A DNA stretch of 64,000 bases from Cryomorphaceae bacterium (GCA_027490665.1 JAIXXP010000116.1:15840-79839), one strand, 5' to 3'. Positions 37,930 to 48,040 are shown, numbered from the stretch's first letter. Translations and numbers: made by a program. The notes: generated by a model not told the origin, from the sequence alone.

Positions 37930-39625
37930 AACCTTCTTCGTTTTGCGAGCCGAGTTCGGTGCCGTTTTTAAACATCTTTTTGCTGATGAGCTGCCCGTTT
38001 TCATTGAACGCATAAAACGGACCATCTTTAAGCCCATGCTTATAGTGTATTTCGTACACGATTCTGCCGTAGCGGTCGTATTGCTTGAAAACACCATGAA
38101 GCCTACCGTAGCGGTATTGCGACACAATTGTTGGTACGACTCCGCCTGGGTAATAATTGGTCCAGGTACCGTGTTTCATGCCATGGTAATATTTACCTGT
38201 TTCCTTGATTTGAAAATCAATTTGGGAGTAGGATTCAAAGGACCCATGAAAATCGCTGACGGTTTCTTTTAAGCCCATAATAGCCATTCCATCTGCTACA
38301 TTCTTCTGAGTAAATACTTTGTAGTGTTGTTTATCTTTGATGCGTCCGTTATTGAAATAGCTTGTCCATTCGCCCACTTTGTAATCAGCCTTGTAGCTAC
38401 CTTTTACTTTGAGGACGCCTTCCGGAGAGTAGGACGCCCACGGACCATCAAGTTTGCCATTGTGATAAGTCGCTTTGTCTTTGATTCTGCCATTTTCCCA
38501 ATAATTGAGCCATTCGCCTTCTTCTTTACCATTGTGGTACTGTCCGTCCATTAACAACGTAGAATCTTCGTACCAAGTTTGCCAACCCCCTGACCGGAGG
38601 TCTTGTTGATACGAGCCTGTTCGGTAAAGGGCCCCATTTGGATAGTAGTAAGTCCAGTTGCCAGTGCGCAAATCGTTGTCGTATTGCGCTAAATAAGAGA
38701 GTTGTCCGTTTGAGAAGTAGTAGTGCCATGTGCTGTCTTGCTTTCCTTTTTGAAAGTAACCTTCCATGTCCAGTTTCCCATCTTCGGTAAACCATTTCCA
38801 GTTGTTGGTCTTGACCCCGGCTTCATAAGTTCCGAAAGTAAGCGTGTCTTTTTCGTTGGCCATCACTAAATAGATGCCGTGCAAGGAGTCTGCTTGATAT
38901 CCCACTCGTTTTTCGAGTACCCCATCAAAACGATAGAATTCCCAAATACCGTCTTTTTTACCTTTATTGAACGCACCGCCGACTGATAAGACTCCATTAG
39001 CTGTTCGTTCTTCAAATGGCCCGGTTTTGAGACCACCTTGGAAGGTGTAAAATTCTTTAATGGTGCCATCTACGAAATAGGTAATGATTTGTCCGTTTCC
39101 ATCTATAATGGTTTGCTTGTGAGCGTTGTCTGCTTGCCAAAAGGCTTGGAGATAAACGGTGTCGTTCTCTGCTTTTTCGATAGATTTTGGCTGTCCATCA
39201 GGGTAGAAGTACTCCCAAATACCTGTAGGGCTCCCTAGTTCAAATTGACCACGAATTTGAATTTTGCCATCGGCAGCGTATTCACGGTAAATGGAATCTG
39301 GCACATTAAATTGGAAATAGGACTCCTGTTTAATTTGTTTGTTTGGGTGATAAAATACGCGTTTTCCATGCAGTCGGCCGCGGTAATAATTAGTTTCTTC
39401 TTCTAGGATTCCGTCGTAAGAGTAAAACAACCATTTACCATGTTTTTCAGTTGTTTTGGGCGTTGCTTCACTGGTGAAATAAGAACCCGTCCCTTGGATG
39501 TGTTTATTTTGAGCATCCCAATAAACACGAATCTTTGGGCTTAGATTTTCCTTCTTCACTTTCAGCTCTTGGGCAACTACTGAACTCAGGAAAAAACTGG
39601 CAATTAGGAGGATAAAATAGCGCAT
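37916..39625 (-). CDS. exported MORN-variant repeat protein
   Basis: Signal peptide ...SSVVA|Q. About 20 repeats of G.W..YY.NG......Y..G...G. Overlaps the rsmA 3' end by 14 nt. Confidence 0.8.
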   Translation of the reverse strand: MRYFILLIASFFLSSVVAQELKVKKENLSPKIRVYWDAQNKHIQGTGSYFTSEATPKTTEKHGKWLFYSYDGILEEETNYYRGRLHGKRVFYHPNKQIKQESYFQFNVPDSIYREYAADGKIQIRGQFELGSPTGIWEYFYPDGQPKSIEKAENDTVYLQAFWQADNAHKQTIIDGNGQIITYFVDGTIKEFYTFQGGLKTGPFEERTANGVLSVGGAFNKGKKDGIWEFYRFDGVLEKRVGYQADSLHGIYLVMANEKDTLTFGTYEAGVKTNNWKWFTEDGKLDMEGYFQKGKQDSTWHYYFSNGQLSYLAQYDNDLRTGNWTYYYPNGALYRTGSYQQDLRSGGWQTWYEDSTLLMDGQYHNGKEEGEWLNYWENGRIKDKATYHNGKLDGPWASYSPEGVLKVKGSYKADYKVGEWTSYFNNGRIKDKQHYKVFTQKNVADGMAIMGLKETVSDFHGSFESYSQIDFQIKETGKYYHGMKHGTWTNYYPGGVVPTIVSQYRYGRLHGVFKQYDRYGRIVYEIHYKHGLKDGPFYAFNENGQLISKKMFKNGTELGSQNEEGFSPY

Positions 39626-39633
39626 AAGGCTGT

Positions 39634-40296
39634 TTAGAATAGGACTCGAAAAATAAAGAATAAGCCAAAGCCAATAAAGACACTTCCAATGAATTTATTA
39701 AGTAGGTTCAGTAATTTGACCGTCACTAAATTGCGGATCTTTTTGGCCGTGATAATTTTTACAACGTCAAAGGCTATAAATGTTGTCAAGATAATGCCGA
39801 GGTATAAGAATAAAAAACCATTGCTGTCGTCTGGGCTTTCACGTTTGGCAACTGAGGCTACACTCAACCAATAGAAAATAACCAAGGGGTTGGCAAAATT
39901 GAGCAAAAATCCTTTGGCAATCATAAGTCCAAAATTCTTTTTAGGGTCTGTGCTCTCTTTTAAGTGATATTTTTCAGTTACCTCCTCTAATTCTTGGTCA
40001 CCGTTGTGCATTTTAGACTTTTTAATCAAGTTGATAATCCCAAAAACGATGAAAATAAGACCGCCAAGGAGGTCAAAAAGCTCTTTATTTTTACCGGTGA
40101 GTAAGGTATTGATCTGCTCGACAAAAAGAACAGATAAAACGATGTAAACGAAATCGCTGAGCATGACGCCGAAGTCTATTGCTAAAGCGCTTCTAATGCC
40201 CTTTGTGATGCTGTTTTCAAGCAAAACAAAGAAGACCGGACCTGGAATCAGGGAGAGCAAAAGCCCAATTGTAAAAGCGTGGAAGACAATATCCAT
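39634..40296 (-). CDS. LysE/RhtB family amino-acid exporter
   Basis: 220 aa, about 6 TM. The N-terminus FTIGLLLSLIPGPVFFVLLENSITKG is typical of LysE-type translocators. Confidence 0.8.
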   Translation of the reverse strand: MDIVFHAFTIGLLLSLIPGPVFFVLLENSITKGIRSALAIDFGVMLSDFVYIVLSVLFVEQINTLLTGKNKELFDLLGGLIFIVFGIINLIKKSKMHNGDQELEEVTEKYHLKESTDPKKNFGLMIAKGFLLNFANPLVIFYWLSVASVAKRESPDDSNGFLFLYLGIILTTFIAFDVVKIITAKKIRNLVTVKLLNLLNKFIGSVFIGFGLFFIFRVLF

Positions 40297-40300
40297 GTAA

Positions 40301-40308
40301 CAAAAATA
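40301..40308 (-). promoter_or_regulatory. candidate -7 box (TATTTTTG on minus strand), 4 nt from the ATG
   Basis: Perfect TAnnTTTG match. Only 40297-40300 separate it from start codon 40296. Confidence 0.45.
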
Positions 40309-40382
40309 GCTTTTAATGTGCTAGAAATGCTTGAAGTGCACTAATGTTACGGACAGCGCGATGTTTATTTCGGGAAATGCAC

Positions 40383-40390
40383 TAAATTTG
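40383..40390 (+). promoter_or_regulatory. candidate -7 box TAAATTTG
   Basis: Perfect match 18 nt upstream of ATG 40409. It lies inside the listed longer ORF (40331) and argues for the shorter one. Confidence 0.45.
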
Positions 40391-40408
40391 TTGCTCAATT
40401 TAGACAAC

Positions 40409-40768
40409 ATGAAAACTTTGCGTGCCAATCAAAAACTTGAACAAATCATTGCCGATGTCGAAAAAAAGGGTCTTGAGGCTCCAAAACTTATTGACGACCT
40501 CAAAGAACTCAGAGAAATGGCATTGCTCGAACAAGACCCATTGGTTGTGAAATCCTTGCGCCTCACTTACGAGTTCCTTCAAGAAAACGAATGTTTTGAT
40601 GTAGAGGCTCAATACGAAGAAGACGAAGAAGGTAACGAATACCCAATCGAGATCGAAGACAAAGACAACCTTCTTTATTTCTTGAATTTGCTTAAAAATG
40701 CAGAACACAAAATCAACCGTGAAGAAATCAAAGATTACCGCTCAGCGTTAAAATTAGAATTATACTAA
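40409..40768 (+). CDS. small acidic hypothetical protein
   Basis: 119-aa ORF from ATG 40409. No recognised motif. Confidence 0.5.
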   Translation: MKTLRANQKLEQIIADVEKKGLEAPKLIDDLKELREMALLEQDPLVVKSLRLTYEFLQENECFDVEAQYEEDEEGNEYPIEIEDKDNLLYFLNLLKNAEHKINREEIKDYRSALKLELY

Positions 40769-40846
40769 GCAACCATTTATAGAACCGACTCGTCTCGTAA
40801 AAAAGAGCAAGTCATTGTTCATTTTGGTTTTAATTATCTTGCAGAG

Positions 40847-40875
40847 AAACCTGGAATTACGTTCCAGGTTTTTTT
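40847..40875. terminator. hairpin terminator between convergent genes
   Basis: Stem aaacctggaa/ttccaggttt with a 5-nt loop, followed by a T-run on the + strand. It abuts the stop codon (40874-40876) of the minus-strand nuclease gene. Confidence 0.65.
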
Positions 40876-43672
40876 ATGTGCAAAACTGACAGTATGTTGC
40901 AGCTTGGTCGTGCTCGAACGGTCGTGCTTCGTTGAGCATATCCTCAATGAGTGTCTGCAAACCCTCTTCAAATAAAACGGGTATTGGTGTCAGATCTGTA
41001 TTCTTGTCTAGGGAAAGCGCAAATTCGTCGTCCCGATTGATCAAAGATTCAATGCGCGCTTCTGAAGGTAAGTGTCCGTAGTATTCCTTGAAAAATAAAC
41101 TATATAAACAAAGTTGTAAAGCGTGTTTAGGCTTTGTAATATTGGTATAGGCATCCTCCTTTTGGCTCATTTGGACATCCGTATCTTTTACTTTTCCAGA
41201 TTTGTAGTCGATGACGCGGTAGTGGTTTGCCCCAATTCGGTCAATCCGGTCGATGTAACCTACAAAATGTATTGGGATTGTTTCTTGCGGCAATTGCACT
41301 GAATAATTGAGTTCAAATTTGGCTTCAAGTTGTTCAATTACTAATGGTTCTTTGAGTCCTTTTACATAGGCAAGCTCCTTTAGCAGCATTTGCTTGGTGA
41401 GGTCCAGTGCCATTTCAAAACTCAAAAGATTTTTACCCCGCTGAAAAAGCGCTTCGTTGTTATCAAAGTACTTCATAAAATACTTGCGCAGAACTTCGGG
41501 GAAATCGGTGAGCATTTTGGCGATGTGTCGCTCATTTATTGGCCCTGGAGCAGGTGTTACCAACTTGCCTTCTTTGTCTCGGTGCGCATAGGGCGTGTAA
41601 AGTTCCTCTAAACAGCTGTGAATGAGTGAGCCAAAGGTGCTAGTGGCAATGTCTTCTTCTACTTCGTCTTCTTCGCCAAACTCCACAACATAGCGATAAT
41701 AAAAGTCGAGCGGACAGGTCACGTATTTGCGAAGTGCCGAGGCAGAAACATTACCTGCGAGGTATGCCTTGATGCGTGACTGAATATCACTTGTTTTTGG
41801 AATCAGGGTGTATTCTTGATGTCGGGTGCTGCTCGGAATTTGATAGAAATATTCTTTCCAAGTGACATTCGGGTTTTGTTGCAACCATTCCATTTGCAAC
41901 TGTAATAAATAACGACTGCGCTCATGACTGCCTAAGATCTCGCTGGTAGAGGTATAGGTAAATACAAAAGAGCGCGCGTGGTGAAGGAGTCTATAAAAGT
42001 GTTGGGCAAAGAGCCCTTGTTTGTCACGGTTATTGGGCATGCCAAATGCCGAACGGAGGTCCATCGGGATGATGCTCTGAATGGGGTTTGTTGGTGGTAA
42101 CTTCCCTTCATTCATGCCGAGTACATAAATGCGCTCAAAATCGAGCAGGCGGGTTTCTAAGAGACCTGTGAGTTGCAAACCGGTTGTTGGGCTACCTAGG
42201 TAGGCTAAATTGGCGCGGGTCCAGTGTTGGTAGAAGAGCTTTTTAAAACTGCTCAGTGCCATTTTGGGAAGGGATTCGTCGGTTAATTGGTCAAACTGGC
42301 GACACGCTTGCTCGAAGGATAAAATGGCTGTTCTTTCAAAGTCGTTTCCTTCAGGAATGAGTTGCAACAATAGACTATTGAGTTTGCGCAGTTGCTGGAG
42401 CGCAAGTTTCCAGTCCGTGCCCCAATTGGCACTAAGGAGCGTTAAGATATCGAGAACTTGTTGGTCGAGCTTGAGTTGATCGACACGTTGAAAAACACGG
42501 TTGTATTTGATGGTTTGTTTTTCTGCGGCTGCCAACTGTTTGAGTTGTGGTTGGTCAAAGGCCAAAGAGATGAATGCGTGGTGGCAAAAACGCTGAAAGT
42601 CTTTATGGTATAGTGCTTTGGTTTTGAATTTAAGTTGGTTTTCTTGCAGTTGAAAGCAGAGGTCTATCCAGGTTCTTATTGGCGTTTGATCGAGTGGTAA
42701 GCCGAGTGTAATATTTGCTTGCCCCACAATTTTGGGAATGTTGCGAATAGCCGCATGAACTAAGGCTTCGTCGGCGAGCAATACCAATACTTCGCTCCAG
42801 TCTGGAACAGGGTTCTCTATCAATTCTGTGGCCAAAACCTTGACCTGACCTATGTGTTGTGCGCACTCAATTACTTTGACATCGTATGCTTCGGTTTGCA
42901 GCTTTTTGGTGAGGTCTTGAGGCGTTTTAAGGCCAAAAAATTGTAAGTTTTTTCTTTGAAAATGCCCAGCCTCATGGTATTTATTCTCCAAATAATAAGC
43001 GTCTGTATCCATGATGAATTCGGCTTGTTTGTGATCGATGAGGTACTTTATGATGCGTTGCTCTGCCGCCGAAAGCGCATTGAAACCTGCAAAAATAAAA
43101 AACTTGTCTTTAGCAAAATACTGTGCAGGATTCTCGGCTAATTGGCGATATGCTTGGGCTTTTGAACAGGCATTTTGCGCATTGTTTTTGGCTTGCAAGC
43201 CCGCATGAAGTTGTGGAATGAGTTCCCAAAACTGCATAAATTTTTGCTGTGAAGCAGAGTAGCCTTCTTCATCGATTTGCCAACTTTCAAGTGCTTTGAT
43301 GGAAGCTAGGTTTTGATAGAGTTGTTGATGATCAACTAAGTAACGATCGACGTCATCGAAATCTGAGAGTAGAATAGGTCCCCAAGTAAGGTAGTCTTCA
43401 AAAGTGAGTGCGTTTTCTTGGAGTGTTGTTTCATAGACTTGATAGAGCGAAAGTAAAATGTTGGTCTGATGTAGAATGGTTTTGTTGCTTAAAGCTACCA
43501 CCCATTGGTCTATCGTGAAAATGTTGGGTGAAATCAGGGGCCCATCATTGGCTTTGAAAAGCGCGTTTAAAAGGTAGCGCTTGGCTCTCTCCGATGGAAG
43601 AATAACGGTTAGCGATTGTGCAGAAATACCTTTGTCAAGGATTTTGACGGCTAGTTGATCAAGAAATTTCAT
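40874..43672 (-). CDS. AddB-like PD-(D/E)XK nuclease family protein
   Basis: 932 aa. The C-terminal RecB-type nuclease motifs are VGYIDRIDRI...VIDYKSGK...ALQLCLYSLFF. There is no Walker A in the N-terminal helicase-like part. Cysteines flank the nuclease core (YVTCPLDF, CQFC). Confidence 0.75.
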   Translation of the reverse strand: MKFLDQLAVKILDKGISAQSLTVILPSERAKRYLLNALFKANDGPLISPNIFTIDQWVVALSNKTILHQTNILLSLYQVYETTLQENALTFEDYLTWGPILLSDFDDVDRYLVDHQQLYQNLASIKALESWQIDEEGYSASQQKFMQFWELIPQLHAGLQAKNNAQNACSKAQAYRQLAENPAQYFAKDKFFIFAGFNALSAAEQRIIKYLIDHKQAEFIMDTDAYYLENKYHEAGHFQRKNLQFFGLKTPQDLTKKLQTEAYDVKVIECAQHIGQVKVLATELIENPVPDWSEVLVLLADEALVHAAIRNIPKIVGQANITLGLPLDQTPIRTWIDLCFQLQENQLKFKTKALYHKDFQRFCHHAFISLAFDQPQLKQLAAAEKQTIKYNRVFQRVDQLKLDQQVLDILTLLSANWGTDWKLALQQLRKLNSLLLQLIPEGNDFERTAILSFEQACRQFDQLTDESLPKMALSSFKKLFYQHWTRANLAYLGSPTTGLQLTGLLETRLLDFERIYVLGMNEGKLPPTNPIQSIIPMDLRSAFGMPNNRDKQGLFAQHFYRLLHHARSFVFTYTSTSEILGSHERSRYLLQLQMEWLQQNPNVTWKEYFYQIPSSTRHQEYTLIPKTSDIQSRIKAYLAGNVSASALRKYVTCPLDFYYRYVVEFGEEDEVEEDIATSTFGSLIHSCLEELYTPYAHRDKEGKLVTPAPGPINERHIAKMLTDFPEVLRKYFMKYFDNNEALFQRGKNLLSFEMALDLTKQMLLKELAYVKGLKEPLVIEQLEAKFELNYSVQLPQETIPIHFVGYIDRIDRIGANHYRVIDYKSGKVKDTDVQMSQKEDAYTNITKPKHALQLCLYSLFFKEYYGHLPSEARIESLINRDDEFALSLDKNTDLTPIPVLFEEGLQTLIEDMLNEARPFEHDQAATYCQFCT

Positions 43673-43690
43673 AGCAATGTCAAATATGGT

Positions 43691-44911
43691 TTAGTCAAAC
43701 CAAACTTTTTCAAAAAAGAAAAAGGGTCTATTGGAGTGCATAAATTTGTTGCCTCCATAACATTTGATGACGGCATAATGTGCAGTTCCAAATTGGATTT
43801 GGACAAAATTGAGCCCTTCTGGGTAGGTGTCTGACAGGCCTTGAAAAATCATGGAACCGTTGTCGAGCATTTTTTTGGTCATGATAGCGCCATCGGGCGG
43901 ATTGATATAAATACTGGCGATTTCTTCGCTAGAAATGGTAGAATCAAGGACAAAAACGGTGACTTCATAGGTATTGCCTTGACCTAACTCTCGGTAAATG
44001 AGTCTGAGGTTTCCGTCGGGAAGGGTTTCGACATATGGTTTGCCAGGAAATTTGGCCACCAAACCAGAATTGGTATCGGCATATATATATTCGGTTTGTT
44101 TTTTGAGCAAAACCTTGCTGGCAGGTGCTTTCTCAGCGATGGTCCAGCGGACAGGGCGCACTTTATAACCGCGGGCTCGTAGCAATTGTAAAATGCCGTC
44201 TTCGCCTCCCAAATGGCCCGCTCCAACCGCGCAAAAGAAAGACGATTGAGCTTTGAGTAAACCGAGTAGTTTGTCAAGCATTTGTTGGTTGCGCTTTACA
44301 ATGACTTCATCGTAGAGATTTTCTTGTACTGAGAGGTAGGATTTCATGAAGCGCTGCAATGCATCGACGTCGCCGCGCAAATAGAGTTCAGTGAGTTTTT
44401 CTTGGGTAAATGAATTGATTTGGTTGTCTAGGATGCGGCTTTCGCTCAGCTTGAATTCATTGGAGAGCGCATATTGCTCTTCTACTTTTTCAAGCGCTAC
44501 CATTTCTTTATTGAGTTGCAGGCCGAGGATTTCAAAGTAGGCATCGAGAAATTGCGGCATGCCATCTTCATTGCCATAAAGTGTTTTGGAGCTGAAGTCT
44601 TGGCTAGTGTAGGATTTGCCTTTGTCGTCGAAACGCGTTTCGGGTAAAGTTTTGCGCGTATCCATCACCGAGAAAAGTGCATGAATGTCGGTTTCTAAGA
44701 CAATTTTTTGGGCTTTATCAAAAGCGATATAGACGCTATCTGAAAGTTCAAATAAGGCGCGGTCATTGGCATGAAGGGTTCCGAAAATATAGGATTTAAC
44801 AGCTGACTTTGGACTAGAAACTTCCCATAGTAGTTCTTTATCGAGCTCAAGCTGTTGTGCATGGCCGAAAGTGGAGCAGAAAAATGCAAGAAAAAGGAGA
44901 GCCGTACGCAT
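43691..44911 (-). CDS. TraB/GumN family protein, exported
   Basis: ATG 44911 gives the signal peptide MRTALLFLAFFCSTFGHA|Q, followed by LLWEVSSPKSAVKSYIFGTLHAND, the TraB/GumN signature. The listed longer ORF overlaps hutI. Confidence 0.8.
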   Translation of the reverse strand: MRTALLFLAFFCSTFGHAQQLELDKELLWEVSSPKSAVKSYIFGTLHANDRALFELSDSVYIAFDKAQKIVLETDIHALFSVMDTRKTLPETRFDDKGKSYTSQDFSSKTLYGNEDGMPQFLDAYFEILGLQLNKEMVALEKVEEQYALSNEFKLSESRILDNQINSFTQEKLTELYLRGDVDALQRFMKSYLSVQENLYDEVIVKRNQQMLDKLLGLLKAQSSFFCAVGAGHLGGEDGILQLLRARGYKVRPVRWTIAEKAPASKVLLKKQTEYIYADTNSGLVAKFPGKPYVETLPDGNLRLIYRELGQGNTYEVTVFVLDSTISSEEIASIYINPPDGAIMTKKMLDNGSMIFQGLSDTYPEGLNFVQIQFGTAHYAVIKCYGGNKFMHSNRPFFFFEKVWFD

Positions 44912-44916
44912 GTATT

Positions 44917-44924
44917 CAAAGTTA
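44917..44924 (-). promoter_or_regulatory. candidate -7 box (TAACTTTG on minus strand), 5 nt from the ATG
   Basis: Perfect TAnnTTTG match between the hutI stop (44926) and the TraB/GumN start (44911). Confidence 0.4.
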
Positions 44925-44925
44925 A

Positions 44926-46158
44926 TCAAATAAAAACACGTTGAATGTGTTTTTCGGTGTATGCATAGGCTAAATAAGCTAAAGAAGGCAACTCTTTGGT
45001 GAGGATAAGCGGGGATTTTCTGCCCAAAGCAATTTTGCCATGGGTATCTTGAAGCTCGACGGCAGCTGCTGCATTGATGGTGAGGGAATTGATGGCTGCT
45101 TCGGGTGTCATTTTCATTTTGATACAAGCCAAAGAAAGTACATGCATGAGGTCGTAGCTTGGCGACGAACCAGGATTGAAGTCACTGGCAAGGGCTACAA
45201 CTGCGCCTGCATCTATTAGACGGTTAGCGGCGCCAAATGGAATCGATAAAAAGTGTGAACAACCAGGGAGTAAAGTGGCCACACAATTGCTTTTAGCGAG
45301 TGCATCTAGATCATTTTGGTCGAGTTCTTCGAGGTGATCTACGGAAACAGCACCTTTTGAAATGGCTGCTGGCACACCGCCCAATACGGAGAACTGATTG
45401 ACGTGCACCTTAGGCTTGAGACCGTATTTAGCACCGGCATCTAGAATTTGCTCCATTTCAGCTGTTGTGAAATAATTGCGTTCGCAAAATACGTCTATGT
45501 AATCGGCAAGGTTTTCTTTGGCAATAATTGGCAAGATTTCATTGATCAAAAGCTCAATATATGTACCCCGGTTTGCTTTGAAATCGGTAGGTATCGCATG
45601 CGCACCTAAAAATGTAGCTTTGATATGGATAGGCGCTGTTTGCTTGAGTTTTTGAATGACGCGCAACATTTTGAGTTCGCCCTCTACACTCAAACCATAA
45701 CCAGACTTGATTTCTAGTGCACCCGTACCAGCTTCAATGATCTTATGGATCCGTTGAGAAGCAGCCTCATAAAGCGCCTCTTCAGACATTTGATTGAGTT
45801 TTTTTGCCGAATTGAGAATACCTCCACCTTTTGCAGCAATTTCTTCATAACTCAGGCCATGAATGCGGTCTACGAATTCTTCTTCGCGACTTGCAGCAAA
45901 CACCGTGTGGGTGTGGGAGTCAATGAAGGCCGGCATTACATAGCAGTTGCTGGCGTCAATTACTTCTACTTCGCGCCAATCGGTAATGCCCGGCCATTCG
46001 TTCATGGGGCCGTAGGCAATTACTTCGTTGTCTTCCAAAGCGAGGTAAGCATTTTCAATGATAGCCAACTGGCGCATTTGAGCACCTCTGAGTACTGTTG
46101 GGAGGTCTTCTCCGGCTTGAATAAGACCTTTTATATTCTTAATAAATTGTTTGCGCAT
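44926..46158 (-). CDS. hutI: imidazolonepropionase
   Basis: Amidohydrolase metal motif FIDSHTHTVFA, plus EIKSGYGLS, HVNQF and ALASDFNPGSSP. ATG 46158 preferred over the listed GTG 46170. Confidence 0.85.
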   Translation of the reverse strand: MRKQFIKNIKGLIQAGEDLPTVLRGAQMRQLAIIENAYLALEDNEVIAYGPMNEWPGITDWREVEVIDASNCYVMPAFIDSHTHTVFAASREEEFVDRIHGLSYEEIAAKGGGILNSAKKLNQMSEEALYEAASQRIHKIIEAGTGALEIKSGYGLSVEGELKMLRVIQKLKQTAPIHIKATFLGAHAIPTDFKANRGTYIELLINEILPIIAKENLADYIDVFCERNYFTTAEMEQILDAGAKYGLKPKVHVNQFSVLGGVPAAISKGAVSVDHLEELDQNDLDALAKSNCVATLLPGCSHFLSIPFGAANRLIDAGAVVALASDFNPGSSPSYDLMHVLSLACIKMKMTPEAAINSLTINAAAAVELQDTHGKIALGRKSPLILTKELPSLAYLAYAYTEKHIQRVFI

Positions 46159-46208
46159 ACGTATTTTCACGGTAAAGATAAGACCAATTTAGGCTTATTT
46201 TCGCTCTT

Positions 46209-46589
46209 ATGATGGAAAGTAATGCAGACATGAAACACGACGTATTGGGCAAATGGGGAGAGGACTATGCCTTACAATACCTCTTGGGAATTGGTTATGG
46301 CCTCCAAGCGCGCAATTATAAGTTCAATCGTATGGAGATCGATTTAGTCATGACCAACGGACAAAATTTAGTAATAGTGGAGGTCAAGACGCGCCATAGT
46401 GCCGAGCTCGGGGAGCCCTGGCGGGCAGTTAACTTAGCCAAGCAAAAGCAAATTATTCGGGTTGCCAACTATTATACCAAAGCGGTTGAATGGCCACATG
46501 AAGTGCGTTTTGATGTGGTGTCAATTGTCCATAATAGCAACCATACCGACCTCACGCATATCATTGATGCGTTTAGCCCCAAACCTTAA
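46209..46589 (+). CDS. YraN family (UPF0102) endonuclease-like protein
   Basis: GEDYALQYL...YKFNRMEIDLVM...LVIVEVKTR is the YraN pattern. Confidence 0.85.
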   Translation: MMESNADMKHDVLGKWGEDYALQYLLGIGYGLQARNYKFNRMEIDLVMTNGQNLVIVEVKTRHSAELGEPWRAVNLAKQKQIIRVANYYTKAVEWPHEVRFDVVSIVHNSNHTDLTHIIDAFSPKP

Positions 46590-46591
46590 GT

Positions 46592-47989
46592 TTAGATGTG
46601 CAACGCGCGGTCAGCGGTGGCTGCAAGTGCAGCTTCTTTTACAGCTTCTGAATAGGTTGGGTGTCCGTGGCAAATGCGCGCGATGTCTTCGGCAGATGCA
46701 CGGTATTCCATTGCAGTAACGGCTTCCATAATGAGGTCTGCGGCACGAGGCGCAATCATGTGTACACCTAAGATTTCATCGGTTTGGGCATCGGCCAAAA
46801 TTTTAACAAAACCACTGGTATCCATGCTAGCGCGCGCACGTCCTAAAGCTTTAATTGGGAAAGACCCTGCTTTGTAGGCGCGCCCTGCGGCTTTTAGTTC
46901 TTCTTCAGTTTGCCCAACTGCAGCAATTTCTGGCCATGTATAAACTACTCCAGGAATCAAATTATAGTTAATGTGCGGTTGTTGACCTGCAATTTGCTCA
47001 GCCACAAAAACACCTTCTTCTTCGGCTTTGTGGGCCAGCATTGCGCCGCGAACTACGTCACCGATGGCATAAATGTGTGGCGCAGCAGTTTGTAAGTGTT
47101 CATTGACTTCTATTTGACCACGCTGATTGCTTTGCAAGCCAGCTTTGTCAAGGTTGAGGCCTTCTGTAAAGGCTTTGCGCCCAACAGCAACGAGGCAGTA
47201 GTCCGCTTCAAGTGTTACTTGTTCACCTTTTTTGTTTTCGGCAGTGAGTACAACTTGTTTGCCGTTGTTCACAACACCAAGAACTTTATGCTCCATGTGG
47301 AATTTAAAGCCTTCTTTCTTCAAGATTTTCGTAAATTCATTACCAATTCCGGCGTCCATGGTTGGTAAAATGCTAGGCGCAAATTCAACGACTTCAACTG
47401 TGGCGCCCAAGCGTGCGTACACTGAGCCTAATTCAAGGCCAATTACACCTCCGCCAATGACCAACATTTTTTTAGGTATTTCGCTGAGGCTGAGTGCTTC
47501 TGTTGAAGTAATGATGCGTTTTTTGTCTGGTTCCATGCCTGGGAAGAAGTTGGGCTTGCTACCTGTGGCAATGATGATGTTTTTGGCGTTAAGTTGGGTG
47601 GTTTGCTCTCCTTTGACCTCTACAGTGTGTGCGTCAATAAAGCTACCCACACCATGATAGACAGTGATTTTATTTTTGTCCATGAGGAATTTGACCCCAG
47701 CACAAGTTTGCGAGACCACTTCATTTTTTCTAGCAATCATTTGAGCGAGGTTGGCTTTGAGGCCTTTTACTTCAATTCCATGTGCAGAAAAATTGTGTTG
47801 CGCATTGTAAAAATGTTCTGATGAATCGAGTAGGGCTTTAGAAGGAATACAGCCCACATTTAGGCAAGTTCCGCCAAGTGTATTGTATTTTTCTATCAAA
47901 GCTGTTTTCAGGCCGAGTTGCGCACAACGCAAAGCAGAAACGTATCCGCCCGGACCTGAACCAATTACTACCACATCATAAGTTTCCAT
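46592..47989 (-). CDS. lpdA: dihydrolipoyl dehydrogenase
   Basis: FAD motif VIGSGPGGY, redox-active disulfide GGTCLNVGCIPSK, NAD motif VIGGGVIGLELG, and C-terminal HGHPTYSE. Confidence 0.95.
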   Translation of the reverse strand: METYDVVVIGSGPGGYVSALRCAQLGLKTALIEKYNTLGGTCLNVGCIPSKALLDSSEHFYNAQHNFSAHGIEVKGLKANLAQMIARKNEVVSQTCAGVKFLMDKNKITVYHGVGSFIDAHTVEVKGEQTTQLNAKNIIIATGSKPNFFPGMEPDKKRIITSTEALSLSEIPKKMLVIGGGVIGLELGSVYARLGATVEVVEFAPSILPTMDAGIGNEFTKILKKEGFKFHMEHKVLGVVNNGKQVVLTAENKKGEQVTLEADYCLVAVGRKAFTEGLNLDKAGLQSNQRGQIEVNEHLQTAAPHIYAIGDVVRGAMLAHKAEEEGVFVAEQIAGQQPHINYNLIPGVVYTWPEIAAVGQTEEELKAAGRAYKAGSFPIKALGRARASMDTSGFVKILADAQTDEILGVHMIAPRAADLIMEAVTAMEYRASAEDIARICHGHPTYSEAVKEAALAATADRALHI

Positions 47990-48005
47990 CTGTACAATTT
48001 TTTTA

Positions 48006-48013
48006 CAAATTTA
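48006..48013 (-). promoter_or_regulatory. candidate -7 box (TAAATTTG on minus strand) for lpdA
   Basis: Perfect TAnnTTTG match 16 nt upstream of ATG 47989. Confidence 0.45.
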
Positions 48014-48040
48014 CAGTTTGTGAACGAACAACCAAAGCCT

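Noticed and set aside
37916-39625. MORN-variant repeat protein as a YwqK-type antitoxin of a toxin-antitoxin pair.
   Set aside because: It has a cleavable signal peptide and is 569 aa long. There is no adjacent toxin-like gene, since the neighbours are rsmA and a LysE exporter. I treat it as an exported repeat protein.
44926-46158. An isolated hutI as a possible pseudogene or remnant of a hut operon.
   Set aside because: The ORF is full length with intact metal-binding and catalytic motifs. The absence of hutH and hutU nearby is not evidence of decay.
45745-46212. 155-aa + strand ORF opposite hutI. The listed ORFs at 47232-47657 and 47096-47368 opposite lpdA are similar cases.
   Set aside because: They lie antisense to genes with clear catalytic motifs and show no features of their own.
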